Source of the DNA: Flavobacteriales bacterium
GTDB taxonomy: Bacteria; Bacteroidota; Bacteroidia; Palsa-965
Assembly: GCA_040377305.1 (NCBI GenBank)
Contig: JBEIPA010000005.1
Location: 64,001 to 128,000 of the forward strand
DNA: 64,000 nucleotides
Reading direction: 5' to 3'
Shown here: positions 8,944 through 17,708 of the stretch, one piece after another
Numbering within the stretch: the stretch's first letter is position 1
How the letters are laid out: the number at the start of each line of letters is the position of its first letter
The notes under the pieces: model-generated
What the model was told of the DNA's origin: nothing
Databases searched by the model: none
The model's input: only the letters and a program-made list of their open reading frames with translations
Made by a program: the position numbers and the translations under genes

Positions 8944-9248
8944 AATTTCTGTTGACGATACCGATCCGGATGTACTGGAAGCTGATTCGTATTTCGCGCA
9001 GGCGACAGTGCATTTTCAAAGTTTCATGTTCGCAGCACGTTCACTCTACAGTAGTGAAAGACGGATTACTCTGCGGGATCAAAGCACTCGTATACAGAAT
9101 GCAAACATGCAGACCGGGTTATGAAATAATCTCACTGAAACAAGAGAACACATTGTTGCTTGTTCTGAAGAACGGAAATGTCCTGCAGGAGAAGGAAATA
9201 TCGGAATCACTTATAAGGCAACAATGTTTCTCCATCGACACGAATTAA
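8940..9248 (+). CDS. YidD-like (haemolytic-domain) protein
   Basis: ATG at 8940 overlapping the upstream stop; YWKLI..RRQCIFKVSCS...G...G......R...CRPG Cys pattern. Confidence 0.7.
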   Translation: MKFLLTIPIRMYWKLIRISRRRQCIFKVSCSQHVHSTVVKDGLLCGIKALVYRMQTCRPGYEIISLKQENTLLLVLKNGNVLQEKEISESLIRQQCFSIDTN

Positions 9249-9258
9249 ACTGTATCCA

Positions 9259-9621
9259 ATGAAAAAGAACATTCTGATTTTTGCAATTACACTGTCATCA
9301 CTTGTATTCATTTCCGCTACGGTATTAGACGGCAGTCCAACGGAACACGAAACGTATTGCCAGATCATCGGCACGCGTCAAATGTTCTCCACCAAACTGA
9401 CCATTACAGTTGACTACGGTGAGCCCCGAAAATGGTTTTCGGATCAGCGCATAAAAGATGAAACCGGAAAAATTCAGAAGTTCAACAGTATGATCGATGC
9501 GATGAACTACATGGCTGACCAGGGATGGACTTTCGTTTGCGCGTATCCGGTTACGCATGATAACTCGGATGTGTATCATTATACGTTTAAGAAGGTGGTG
9601 GTGGAGACGGAGGCGGAGTAG
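9259..9621 (+). CDS. Exported hypothetical protein
   Basis: Signal peptide; VDYG...FNSMIDAMNYMADQGWTFV motif. Confidence 0.8.
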   Translation: MKKNILIFAITLSSLVFISATVLDGSPTEHETYCQIIGTRQMFSTKLTITVDYGEPRKWFSDQRIKDETGKIQKFNSMIDAMNYMADQGWTFVCAYPVTHDNSDVYHYTFKKVVVETEAE

Positions 9622-9683
9622 GTTGTGCTCTTTATTATTCTCCTTGAAATCAAAAATTCATATTCAATCTAAAAGCTGAAAGT

Positions 9684-10385
9684 ATGTCAAGATGTACAGC
9701 ACCAGTTCATGGTCATCGCACAGCAAGCGGAGCGGCAAACTGTCCCGCATGCAGCGGCCAGTATGGCAGATATAATTCATACTCATCCTACCCATCATCA
9801 TATTCACCGCCTTCATACAGTTCAGGAAGCCGTGGTAACAGCAGCGGAAACTCCAGAAGTATGAAACCGCGTTGGTCTAAGGCAGGTTCAACACTTTTAT
9901 ACTCGCCTGCTGAAATAAGAACGCTTACACCAGTTCGTGAGAATGTTGAGAAGCGATCGTCCATCCCTGACCTACGCGATGTTTTTCTTTGCCACGCTTG
10001 GGATGATCGAAAAGGAGCTGCCAAAGAGTTGCATGATCTGCTTGAGTCCCGAGGTATCACGGTTTGGTTCAGCGAAAAGGATGTTTCGCTTGGTTCGTCA
10101 TTGCTTCGCGAAATCGATAAAGGGTTGGCAAAGTCTCGAGTAGGAATAGTATTGGTCACACCTTCGTTTCTAAGTCGCGTCATAGGAGAAGGCATAGCCG
10201 ACAAAGAGCTTTCAGCGCTATTAGCACGTGACTTACTCGTTCCTGTTATGCACAATACAACATTTGAAAAATTACGCGAGGTCAGCCCTCTCCTAGGCTC
10301 CAGAAGCGGCCTAAGCACACTGGAGGAATCAATGGCAGACGTTGCAGCCAAATTAGCGGAACTAGTATCAGTACAGTCTCAGTGA
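9684..10385 (+). CDS. TIR domain protein with Cys/His N-terminus and Ser/Tyr/Gly-rich linker
   Basis: RDVFLCHAWDDR, VWFSEKDV.LG..L.REIDKGLAKSRVGIVLVTP, DKELSALL. Confidence 0.92.
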   Translation: MSRCTAPVHGHRTASGAANCPACSGQYGRYNSYSSYPSSYSPPSYSSGSRGNSSGNSRSMKPRWSKAGSTLLYSPAEIRTLTPVRENVEKRSSIPDLRDVFLCHAWDDRKGAAKELHDLLESRGITVWFSEKDVSLGSSLLREIDKGLAKSRVGIVLVTPSFLSRVIGEGIADKELSALLARDLLVPVMHNTTFEKLREVSPLLGSRSGLSTLEESMADVAAKLAELVSVQSQ

Positions 10386-10394
10386 ATGGGACGC

Positions 10395-10430
10395 AAAGGT
10401 TCTATCCTCTGAAGGTTAAACCTTCGAAGG
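10395..10430. repeat. Intergenic 36-bp repeat, copy 1
   Basis: AAAGGTTCTATCCTCTGAAGGTTAAACCTTCGAAGG; 31/36 identical to 11020-11055. Confidence 0.8.
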
Positions 10431-10501
10431 AGCGACTTTTCGGACTTAGATTAGAACAATTACGAAGACATAAAGAAATATTTCTCTTCCCAATAAACGA
10501 C

Positions 10502-10879
10502 ATGACCATGCAATTGAAGCAATACATATTATTAGCGCTCCTAACATTCCTGATAATTTCATGTGAGTCAAAAAGTTCATTCGAAGAGCGTCGTGCTGCT
10601 GCCAAGATAATCCTCTCCTCCAAATGCGCCGTAGTTGTTGACGCGTCCACTGAGTTTATCAAAGATAAACGTCCGATTATTGGTGCACTGGTTGCAACCG
10701 TTGTTGAATCAAAATGCGATTGTATTACAGATTCTTTAGCTGTTCAGTTCGCCAATGAATACGACTTGCAGACAATTAAAGACATGGAGCACGAACCCAT
10801 CGAATCGCTTGCAGTAATATTAAACAAATGCATGGATAAGAATGACAAGGTGGTGGTCGACTGTGTGACAGAGTGGTAA
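10502..10879 (+). CDS. Cys-rich putative lipoprotein
   Basis: ATG at 10502 (or 10508), LIISC lipobox, KCDC motif. Confidence 0.7.
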   Translation: MTMQLKQYILLALLTFLIISCESKSSFEERRAAAKIILSSKCAVVVDASTEFIKDKRPIIGALVATVVESKCDCITDSLAVQFANEYDLQTIKDMEHEPIESLAVILNKCMDKNDKVVVDCVTEW

Positions 10880-10930
10880 AGTCGATCGATCCAACGCATT
10901 TTTGGGGCAAATTCAACCCAGTTTACAACG

Positions 10931-11001
10931 ATGAAATACAAAGCAGTTTCAATCGTCCCTGTTCACGGCGCAAAAAAGATTGTCGTCACATTGCACAAAA
11001 C
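10931..11001 (+). pseudogene. Frameshifted 5' remnant of a DUF4177-like paralogue
   Basis: MKYKAVSIVPVHG vs MEYKAVSIVPVQG (8716); after a 1-nt deletion reads DCRHIAQN vs DGRHVAQN; upstream ATCCAACGCAT also shared. Confidence 0.8.
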
Positions 11002-11019
11002 AACAAAGAGCTAATATAA

Positions 11020-11055
11020 AAAGGTTCCATCCTTTGAAGGTTAAGGCTTTGAAGG
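11020..11055. repeat. Intergenic 36-bp repeat, copy 2
   Basis: AAAGGTTCCATCCTTTGAAGGTTAAGGCTTTGAAGG. Confidence 0.8.
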
Positions 11056-11081
11056 GCTTTCTTAAATCATCGTCATTAAAG

Positions 11082-11170
11082 TTCACAAGGAACGAGACGC
11101 CGCTCAGAAAGTAAAACGCATAGTTCAGAAAGTAATTATGGAACCGCGCGTAAATGATATAATCTTCGTC
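11082..11170 (+). promoter_or_regulatory. Putative LytTR-type direct-repeat promoter
   Basis: TTCACAAG (11082), CTCAGAAA (11103), TTCAGAAA (11124) at 21-bp period, with a perfect 11-mer TCAGAAAGTAA twice; 29-nt gap; AATCTTCGTC (11161). Confidence 0.6.
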
Positions 11171-11190
11171 TGTAAACCAAATTTAAAATC

Positions 11191-11409
11191 ATGGAACGGT
11201 ACAGAAATTTATCAGGAGATTCGGGTGTCCACTCCTTCGAAATTGGCGTGGACTACATCACGGTCAAATTTTCAGGAACAGCGCGAACATACACTTATAG
11301 TTATAGAAAAGCAGGTTCCGCTCATGTCGAGGCAATGAAACTTCTGGCTCAAAACGGCAGTGGTCTCAATAGCTACATCAATCGAAATGTGAAGAATTCA
11401 TACGACTAA
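11191..11409 (+). CDS. Small conserved hypothetical protein (KTSC-like)
   Basis: Y.NLSGDSGV..FEIG.DYI.V.F...Y.Y...G...VE.MK.LA..G.GLNSYI pattern. Confidence 0.8.
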   Translation: MERYRNLSGDSGVHSFEIGVDYITVKFSGTARTYTYSYRKAGSAHVEAMKLLAQNGSGLNSYINRNVKNSYD

Positions 11410-11424
11410 TTACCTCCTCTTAAA

Positions 11425-11805
11425 ATGAGAGTCTACCTGACCATTTTTTTATTGACCATCACGTGTATTACGAAAGCGAATTTCTGGTCATCATACGAAT
11501 GCACGCTGAGATATGGAATAGACAATGGATGGTATGCGTCGACGGTTGATTATACAAATTATGGTAACGGTACATACGCTACGTATTCGCTTGCAGTTTA
11601 CGTCGAGTATAACCGGGTAACCGTTATTGACTTTGGAAATGGAGGTTCAGTGCACTCTGGAATCAACAATGAAGGCTACTACTATAGTGGTGGATATTTG
11701 AACTTTGAATACCAATATGGAACCATGAATATCGTTGCTGCAACTACGACAGTTACGGTTATGCAGGATGGATCGAGCAGGTATTATAAAATCCGGATAG
11801 AATGA
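11425..11805 (+). CDS. Exported Tyr/Gly-rich hypothetical protein
   Basis: Signal peptide, beta-rich 126-aa ORF. Confidence 0.7.
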   Translation: MRVYLTIFLLTITCITKANFWSSYECTLRYGIDNGWYASTVDYTNYGNGTYATYSLAVYVEYNRVTVIDFGNGGSVHSGINNEGYYYSGGYLNFEYQYGTMNIVAATTTVTVMQDGSSRYYKIRIE

Positions 11806-11870
11806 TTTGTGAAAAAAGACGGCTACAGCTAACAAGAAGTTAATTGGTTAACCTCTAATATAAAATACAA

Positions 11871-12191
11871 ATGAGCAAATGGGCAGATTACCTAATTTCT
11901 GGAGTGTGGTTCACTACCCAGAATAATTCCAAACGCATTTCGCATGTTATGTTACATGCCGATAGTGATAGTGGTTTTGAACACGGTATCAAGACATCAG
12001 AATCGGAAGTCATCAAGTTGCTGAAAAATAAAAAAAGTGTAATAACGATAACATGGAATTATCCAGGTTGGCAGAAAGGTGCTGCCGTAACCTATGAAAC
12101 TGTCCAGGGCCAGGAATACTTGCGGACAGTAGCTAACGCAACAACCAAAGACAATCTGGACAATTCCATTTCAATGCAGGCTATTGCCTGA
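11871..12191 (+). CDS. DUF3892-like protein
   Basis: KWADYLIS.V ... GA.V ... YLRT.AN.T.KDNL. Confidence 0.8.
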   Translation: MSKWADYLISGVWFTTQNNSKRISHVMLHADSDSGFEHGIKTSESEVIKLLKNKKSVITITWNYPGWQKGAAVTYETVQGQEYLRTVANATTKDNLDNSISMQAIA

Positions 12192-12240
12192 TCCTTTGAA
12201 AGGTTTGCTCTATTAAAATAAGTTCTAAAACTTAGATGAC

Positions 12241-12495
12241 TTGAAAGCCCTATTTGTTTCACTCTTTGGTCTTTTTGCAGTAACCGCTATTATCACTCAT
12301 ATCTGGACAACGATTATTGGTTTTGATGAAGGAGGATTCTGGGGTGGCGTTGCCACGCTTTTCCTCCCATTTCTTTCAGAAATTTATTGGACGTTCAAAA
12401 TGTATGGGGAGAACAATGTGTATGCGGTAACTGCATTAATTCATTTAATCCTGGCGATTCCATTTTCGATGGTTGATAGAAGCGAAAGACATTGA
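12241..12495 (+). CDS. Small multi-TM membrane protein
   Basis: Three hydrophobic segments; TTG start. Confidence 0.65.
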   Translation: MKALFVSLFGLFAVTAIITHIWTTIIGFDEGGFWGGVATLFLPFLSEIYWTFKMYGENNVYAVTALIHLILAIPFSMVDRSERH

Positions 12496-12584
12496 TCAAC
12501 TTCAATCGTATCTGTAAGGTTCCACCCTTACAATGCTACCTTGAAAAAGAACCCTAACGCCATGTCGAGGTTCTGATCATCATC

Positions 12585-12767
12585 GTGTTTACTTACGACT
12601 ACAAGTTGAAGGAATTTTATAAAGTGCCGTGGAGTGTTGCGCAAAAATTGATTGAACGCAGAGGCGGACTTGTTCAGAAAGAAGTGCTGAGGTGGAAGAC
12701 GATTGAAAAGTATCGGGAGGAGATTGAGGCGTTGCCGCGGCAGGAGGTGGTGGGGTTGTTTAGGTGA
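12585..12767 (+). CDS. Short hypothetical ORF, possibly a 3' gene remnant
   Basis: 60 aa, weak GTG start, G-rich tail like other operon-terminal genes here. Confidence 0.35.
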   Translation: MFTYDYKLKEFYKVPWSVAQKLIERRGGLVQKEVLRWKTIEKYREEIEALPRQEVVGLFR

Positions 12768-12965
12768 TTGCGCGTAACATCCACTGCAAGTGTGTCAGCT
12801 TGTAAATGGCAGGATGTCAGAACAGTCCTGACATTTATTGCTTAGAACAGAATTTTTGTCTGTGCAAAACATCATACCAGTTCAAATTCCAAGCATTGAG
12901 CAGAACCCATAAAAAACGGTACGATTATTCCGGAGTCCCGTGTGTTAAACTAAAAAACAAATACA

Positions 12966-13289
12966 ATGACTCCTACATTTCAAATTCTTACTGGCAACGA
13001 CCAGAAGATCTACTTCCGACTGGTAGCTGCTAACAATGAGATTATTCTCAGCAGCGAAGGGTACAACTCACGACAAGGTTGCCTCAATGGTATCGAGGCG
13101 GTACGGACGAACGCACCCTACAACACTCGTTATCAAACTAAAGTCGCGTCCAACTGGAAAAACTACTTTGTGCTACATGCGAGTAACGGCGAGATTATTG
13201 GCACAAGTCAACTATATGATTCTGCTCAGGGATGTGCGAAGGGAATTCTTGCAGTAATCGATGCTGCTCCTAAAGCTATTATTAAATAA
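12966..13289 (+). CDS. YegP / DUF1508 family protein
   Basis: Two repeats: YFRLVAANNEIILSSEGY...C.NGI and YFVLHASNGEIIGTSQLY...C.KGI. Confidence 0.92.
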   Translation: MTPTFQILTGNDQKIYFRLVAANNEIILSSEGYNSRQGCLNGIEAVRTNAPYNTRYQTKVASNWKNYFVLHASNGEIIGTSQLYDSAQGCAKGILAVIDAAPKAIIK

Positions 13290-13298
13290 CTTATTTCT

Positions 13299-13685
13299 AT
13301 GACACGCATTTTACCTCAAATTGAAGCACTACAGGAAATACCATTTTTTCACCGAACTTATGCTAAGGCTATACTTGGTCACATTGCCAACAAAATCGCT
13401 GAAACAGATGAGATCGAAGTGGGTACTTTTAGCAATGGCGAGCAGTCGGGCTCATTTATCGGATTTGATACTGATGACTTTGAGGATACAAGAATAGAAC
13501 TTCGCTACGATCATACGGAGTTCTTTCTAACCGTTGAAGATAATTACGATGATATGCGGTGCAGCACATTTGAATATAGAATACCTGAAGATTCAGAACT
13601 GAGCGGAATGATTCCAGCTGCTGTTGTTTCTCGATTATTTCAAGTTGCAAATTCTGATGAGTTTGAACTCGAGGAAGAAGAATAG
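13299..13685 (+). CDS. Acidic hypothetical protein
   Basis: 128-aa ORF 9 nt after the YegP-like gene. Confidence 0.65.
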   Translation: MTRILPQIEALQEIPFFHRTYAKAILGHIANKIAETDEIEVGTFSNGEQSGSFIGFDTDDFEDTRIELRYDHTEFFLTVEDNYDDMRCSTFEYRIPEDSELSGMIPAAVVSRLFQVANSDEFELEEEE

Positions 13686-13720
13686 AAAGTAAAGTTTGAA
13701 TCTCACCTACTTTCGCTGAT

Positions 13721-13750
13721 TATCCGTTTACAAACGTTTGTAAACGGATA
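13721..13750. repeat. Perfect 30-bp palindrome
   Basis: TATCCGTTTACAAACGTTTGTAAACGGATA equals its own reverse complement. Confidence 0.9.
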
Positions 13751-13900
13751 CGACCTCATGATGCAATGCTTTACTGACTAATATTTTTAGTTTTTTAAAA
13801 ATATCTATTCGATTTTAGACCAAAAAACAGGTTCGGTATAACGCTGATCAAAACCTATCCATAGTAGTTGTAATTTGTCACAGCTAATACTAACATCATC

Positions 13901-15784
13901 ATGGAATCTTTGGACGAGAAAAAAACTCTCTCAAAATCATATTGGGACTACTGCTTCGACCTATTCACCCAACCAGTACTTAGTGACTTTTTTCGTTTAG
14001 CGAAAAAGAAGTCCAGCGCAAGAAAAGATGCCAAACTTTCTTATAAATCTTTTGAAATAAAGAACTTCAAAGGAATTGATCATGTTTCGATTGATTTGAT
14101 AAAAAATAATCTGGTGCTATTACTCGGGTTGAATGAGTCGGGTAAATCAACGATTTTGAAGGCGATTGAAGCCTTCGACTACTTAAACGATCCAACCCAA
14201 GAAGATGATGAAAAGTACTTTCAAAATATTCGAAATAAATCACAAGTGAGTTCCAATAAGGACGTTGTGTTAACAGCCCGAATATCAATTGAACAACCCA
14301 TACCCGAGTTGCAAACTCAAAAAAATGCAGAAAGGCAATTATCGAATGATGAGAAAATTGAAATTAATGAATTTATTAATAAGATAAATTCTGATGGTGA
14401 AGTTTATATTTCCCGCGTGTTTCCTTTTAAGAGCGGTAAACTGTCCAAGTATCATTATCGAATTGAATCAAAACATCCGTTCTCGAATAATCTTCTATCG
14501 CGACAAGTGGCTGCGGAAATTGTGTCCATTTGCCCTTATATTATTTATTTCGAAGATTTCAAAGATCGGATTCCCGAAAAAATATTTGTAACAGAAAAGT
14601 CGGATGCATTTGACAGCTCGTGGTTTGATATCATTAATGGACTTTTCTTTAATACCGACGAGGAGTTGAGCATCGAGGAATTCAAAAAGTATTACTCCAA
14701 AAACAATAAGCGACCAGACGATGCACGGACAGTGCTCAAGCGTGTCAACAAAAAACTGAACGAAACATTTACAAAAAAGTGGAAAGACCTATCTGGGGTA
14801 AAAGATATTGATAGCGCAGAGTTAATTTACGAAAACAAACAGAGTCCGCATTTCATTCTAAAGATCACAGATTCCGACGGAACCACTTATTCAATAGACG
14901 AGCGAAGCAGGGGTGCACTATGGTATTTATCCTTTCTAATGAAGACTGAATTTAGAAGTAAACGGTTACGTAATGACCATGGCAAGCCAGTCTTCCTTAT
15001 CGATGAACCCGCTTCCAACTTGCACTCTAATGCTCAGCAAAATATGACTGAAGACTTCGGAAGGCTAGCAGAGAATACTTCCCTAATTTATACCACACAC
15101 AGTCAGTATTTGATTTCATTGCATAACATTAAGAACACTTATATTGTTGAACGAAAAAATGGGTTAGTAGTTGCCAGTCGATGGAGTGAATTTATTCAAC
15201 GGCCAGAAAATAAACGACCTGTCTCCTACTATCAGCCTCTTGCCAATCTGTTGAATATAATACCCACAACATTTGATGTTCCATGGAAAAAATGCTTGAT
15301 AACTGAAGGCCCTTCTGATAGACATATACTGTATACTATGTATTATGCTATCTATGCGGTCAAACCTGATTTCGTCATATACCCTGGAACCTCAGCCAAT
15401 GACTTGGATAATTTAATAGCGTTGAACATTGGATGGAATGCAGATTTTAGGATTGTTCTAGACTCAGATAAGAAGGGCATTGAACAACAAAAAAGATATA
15501 TTGATAAATTTAATTTGAGTGATAATCAAATAATGACTCTGCCCTTACAGAACGGCGACATTGAAGACTGTTTCGAGGAAAGCGAGCTCAACGATGTTTA
15601 TTCCTTGGCGGTGGGGAACGATCCTAAGACCCAGTTATCAAAAAAAGAAATATCCGCTGCTTTTTCAATTTTATCAAGCCGTGAAGATTTGCTTAAGAAG
15701 ATGGTCCGCCAAAACGTGTTTCACGTTAAAACCTTAAACATTTTCAAAACTATTTTCAATACACTTAGCAATCACAAAAAATAA
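13901..15784 (+). CDS. OLD-family ATP-dependent nuclease (ABC ATPase + TOPRIM)
   Basis: IKNFKGI, Walker A GLNESGKS, signature-like ERSRG, Walker B FLIDEP, TTHS; TOPRIM ITEGPSD and VLDSD, then DIED. Confidence 0.88.
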   Translation: MESLDEKKTLSKSYWDYCFDLFTQPVLSDFFRLAKKKSSARKDAKLSYKSFEIKNFKGIDHVSIDLIKNNLVLLLGLNESGKSTILKAIEAFDYLNDPTQEDDEKYFQNIRNKSQVSSNKDVVLTARISIEQPIPELQTQKNAERQLSNDEKIEINEFINKINSDGEVYISRVFPFKSGKLSKYHYRIESKHPFSNNLLSRQVAAEIVSICPYIIYFEDFKDRIPEKIFVTEKSDAFDSSWFDIINGLFFNTDEELSIEEFKKYYSKNNKRPDDARTVLKRVNKKLNETFTKKWKDLSGVKDIDSAELIYENKQSPHFILKITDSDGTTYSIDERSRGALWYLSFLMKTEFRSKRLRNDHGKPVFLIDEPASNLHSNAQQNMTEDFGRLAENTSLIYTTHSQYLISLHNIKNTYIVERKNGLVVASRWSEFIQRPENKRPVSYYQPLANLLNIIPTTFDVPWKKCLITEGPSDRHILYTMYYAIYAVKPDFVIYPGTSANDLDNLIALNIGWNADFRIVLDSDKKGIEQQKRYIDKFNLSDNQIMTLPLQNGDIEDCFEESELNDVYSLAVGNDPKTQLSKKEISAAFSILSSREDLLKKMVRQNVFHVKTLNIFKTIFNTLSNHKK

Positions 15785-15795
15785 CATTTTAACCC

Positions 15796-16974
15796 ATGGA
15801 TTTAAGTCGTTATCTATCTGTACTTAGTGATTTGAACAACTACTCGCAAAATGAAGCATTTAAGCAACTGATATCTCAGTTAATTAATAGAATTGCTGAA
15901 AACAAACAACAAACAGAGATACAAGCCTCTATTGATGAAGTTCATGCGTTTACTCGTGCAAGTCCAGTGAATTACTATACCCCCTCCAGAATATACATTC
16001 TGAATAAGATTGGAGCCGCTCACTTTTATGGCGACGCTGCATTCAAATTTCTATCCGATATTCTAACAAAAAATTATTTCAATGCAAACAGCATTATTGA
16101 AGAATTGAATGCATACCTGCGTGATTTTAGTGATTGTCTAGAGCGGATCAGTCGCTCATATAATGTATTAACTGAACAAGGCTTTGTTCCCCACAAAATT
16201 CCAAATGACATATTCGAGCTAGGTGTGATTCTACCAACTGAGGTCACACATGATGAAATAATTCTCTTTGAAAAACAACTTCATCGATGGAACCTGACCG
16301 TCAAAATGTTCAATGAGTTGACATCTGGTGAGACTTCCAACCCTAAACTGATCAGTATAGAGAAGGGTTCTCCGCTTCAAGTGTTTATTGAAACATATGC
16401 ACCAACTGCAGCGTGCATTGCATTGGCAATAGAACGTATTACGGCCTTTTACAAAACAATTCTAGAAATCCGCCAGTTGCACACACAACTTGAGGAAAAA
16501 ACGGGAATGAAGTGGGAAGCAGTTAGTAAACATGAAAAGCAATTATACAACAATCTATTATTGGAGATAAAAAAATTAATTTGGGATAGGTTTGCAAACA
16601 AAAATGTTATTGCTGAAGAAAAACGTGCGAATGAATTAGATAATCACTTAACTAAAGAAATAAAATTCATTGCTGAAAGTATTAGCAAAGGTGTAGACGT
16701 AGAAATTAATGCTCCTCAGCCTGATCCAGAACCAATACAAAAATCAGAAAGCCCTTCGGAAGAAGATCGCAACCAATTTGAGAGAGAACTCGAGGCATAT
16801 CGCCAGAAATTATCTGAAATTTCTGAAATTCGAGATCATGGTAGCAGTCTAAAAAATCTGCCGCCAAGAAGTGAAGTTTTCTTGTCCATGCTAAGCGAAG
16901 AAAATTCCGAATTTGTTGACGGTGACGATAAGCCAGAAGAGAAAGATGAGGAGAAAAAACCTAAGAAGAAGTAG
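15796..16974 (+). CDS. Hypothetical helical protein downstream of the OLD nuclease
   Basis: 392-aa ORF 11 nt after the OLD stop; no recognisable catalytic motif; charged C-terminal tail. Confidence 0.8.
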   Translation: MDLSRYLSVLSDLNNYSQNEAFKQLISQLINRIAENKQQTEIQASIDEVHAFTRASPVNYYTPSRIYILNKIGAAHFYGDAAFKFLSDILTKNYFNANSIIEELNAYLRDFSDCLERISRSYNVLTEQGFVPHKIPNDIFELGVILPTEVTHDEIILFEKQLHRWNLTVKMFNELTSGETSNPKLISIEKGSPLQVFIETYAPTAACIALAIERITAFYKTILEIRQLHTQLEEKTGMKWEAVSKHEKQLYNNLLLEIKKLIWDRFANKNVIAEEKRANELDNHLTKEIKFIAESISKGVDVEINAPQPDPEPIQKSESPSEEDRNQFERELEAYRQKLSEISEIRDHGSSLKNLPPRSEVFLSMLSEENSEFVDGDDKPEEKDEEKKPKKK

Positions 16975-16985
16975 TAAACTTTAGT

Positions 16986-17708
16986 TTAAGTAAGAAAGAG
17001 CTCCCTACCTTCTATTTGATTCCAATACTTATCATTCAGCGAACTGCACAGCTTCTTGGATTCATCCAAGCGCTGACCGACAAGTTCATTTTTATTTTCA
17101 ATCAGCTCTTTCCAGTGATTATAGTAAATATGTTTGAGCGTAAATAGTACAAACTTTAGAGGAGTAATGAGTTTATCACACGGCAAGCGCACCTGATTGC
17201 CGTTTCCAATGTGAAAATGCGCAGCCGAATGAATACACGGCCTGTACGAAGCTTCATCGGTATCATATCTCATCGACAATGAACTTGCATTCAATTCAGC
17301 TTCTATAGTATACTGCTCATGTTCTTCTAAAAATGTTTCACCTAGAATATCATTCGTTTCAGATTCAACTATTCCGTCCTCGCGAAGTTTATTTAGATAT
17401 TCATTGTAAGAAATGTAGTACTGAGGGTTTTGAAAATACGCGTAACGGATAGCTGGTAACTTTTCGAATTCTTGAATTTTGAATTCGAATTGAAAAAACG
17501 ATTCGTCAGACAGTAAAAAATCAAAATCAAAATTTCGCTTACCAGTGCTATAGCAATCAACGTAATCAGCACGCTGAGATGCAGCCTTAAATTCATCTGA
17601 AACTCCGTCGGAATTAATAATTTTCACTCCACGCATTTTGAGGAGGCCAAATTCCTTAAGGATTTCTGCAGACTCTTCAATTGAAATCTTGAATGCGGCC
17701 TCTGTCAC
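16986..17708 (-). CDS. DUF2290-family protein
   Basis: DFLLSDESFFQF, RYAYFQNP, RYD....HSAAHFHIG...RLP; coupled (4-nt overlap) to the helicase end. Confidence 0.8.
   Translation of the reverse strand: MTEAAFKISIEESAEILKEFGLLKMRGVKIINSDGVSDEFKAASQRADYVDCYSTGKRNFDFDFLLSDESFFQFEFKIQEFEKLPAIRYAYFQNPQYYISYNEYLNKLREDGIVESETNDILGETFLEEHEQYTIEAELNASSLSMRYDTDEASYRPCIHSAAHFHIGNGNQVRLPCDKLITPLKFVLFTLKHIYYNHWKELIENKNELVGQRLDESKKLCSSLNDKYWNQIEGRELFLT

Noticed and set aside
11815-11855. attC site (CAGCTAAC...GTTAA)
   Set aside because: Too short, no complementary L boxes, not repeated after other ORFs, no integron integrase.
13808-13879. Fourth LytTR-type promoter before the OLD gene
   Set aside because: Only one partial octamer (TTCGGTAT), 30-nt gap and no 21-bp partner.
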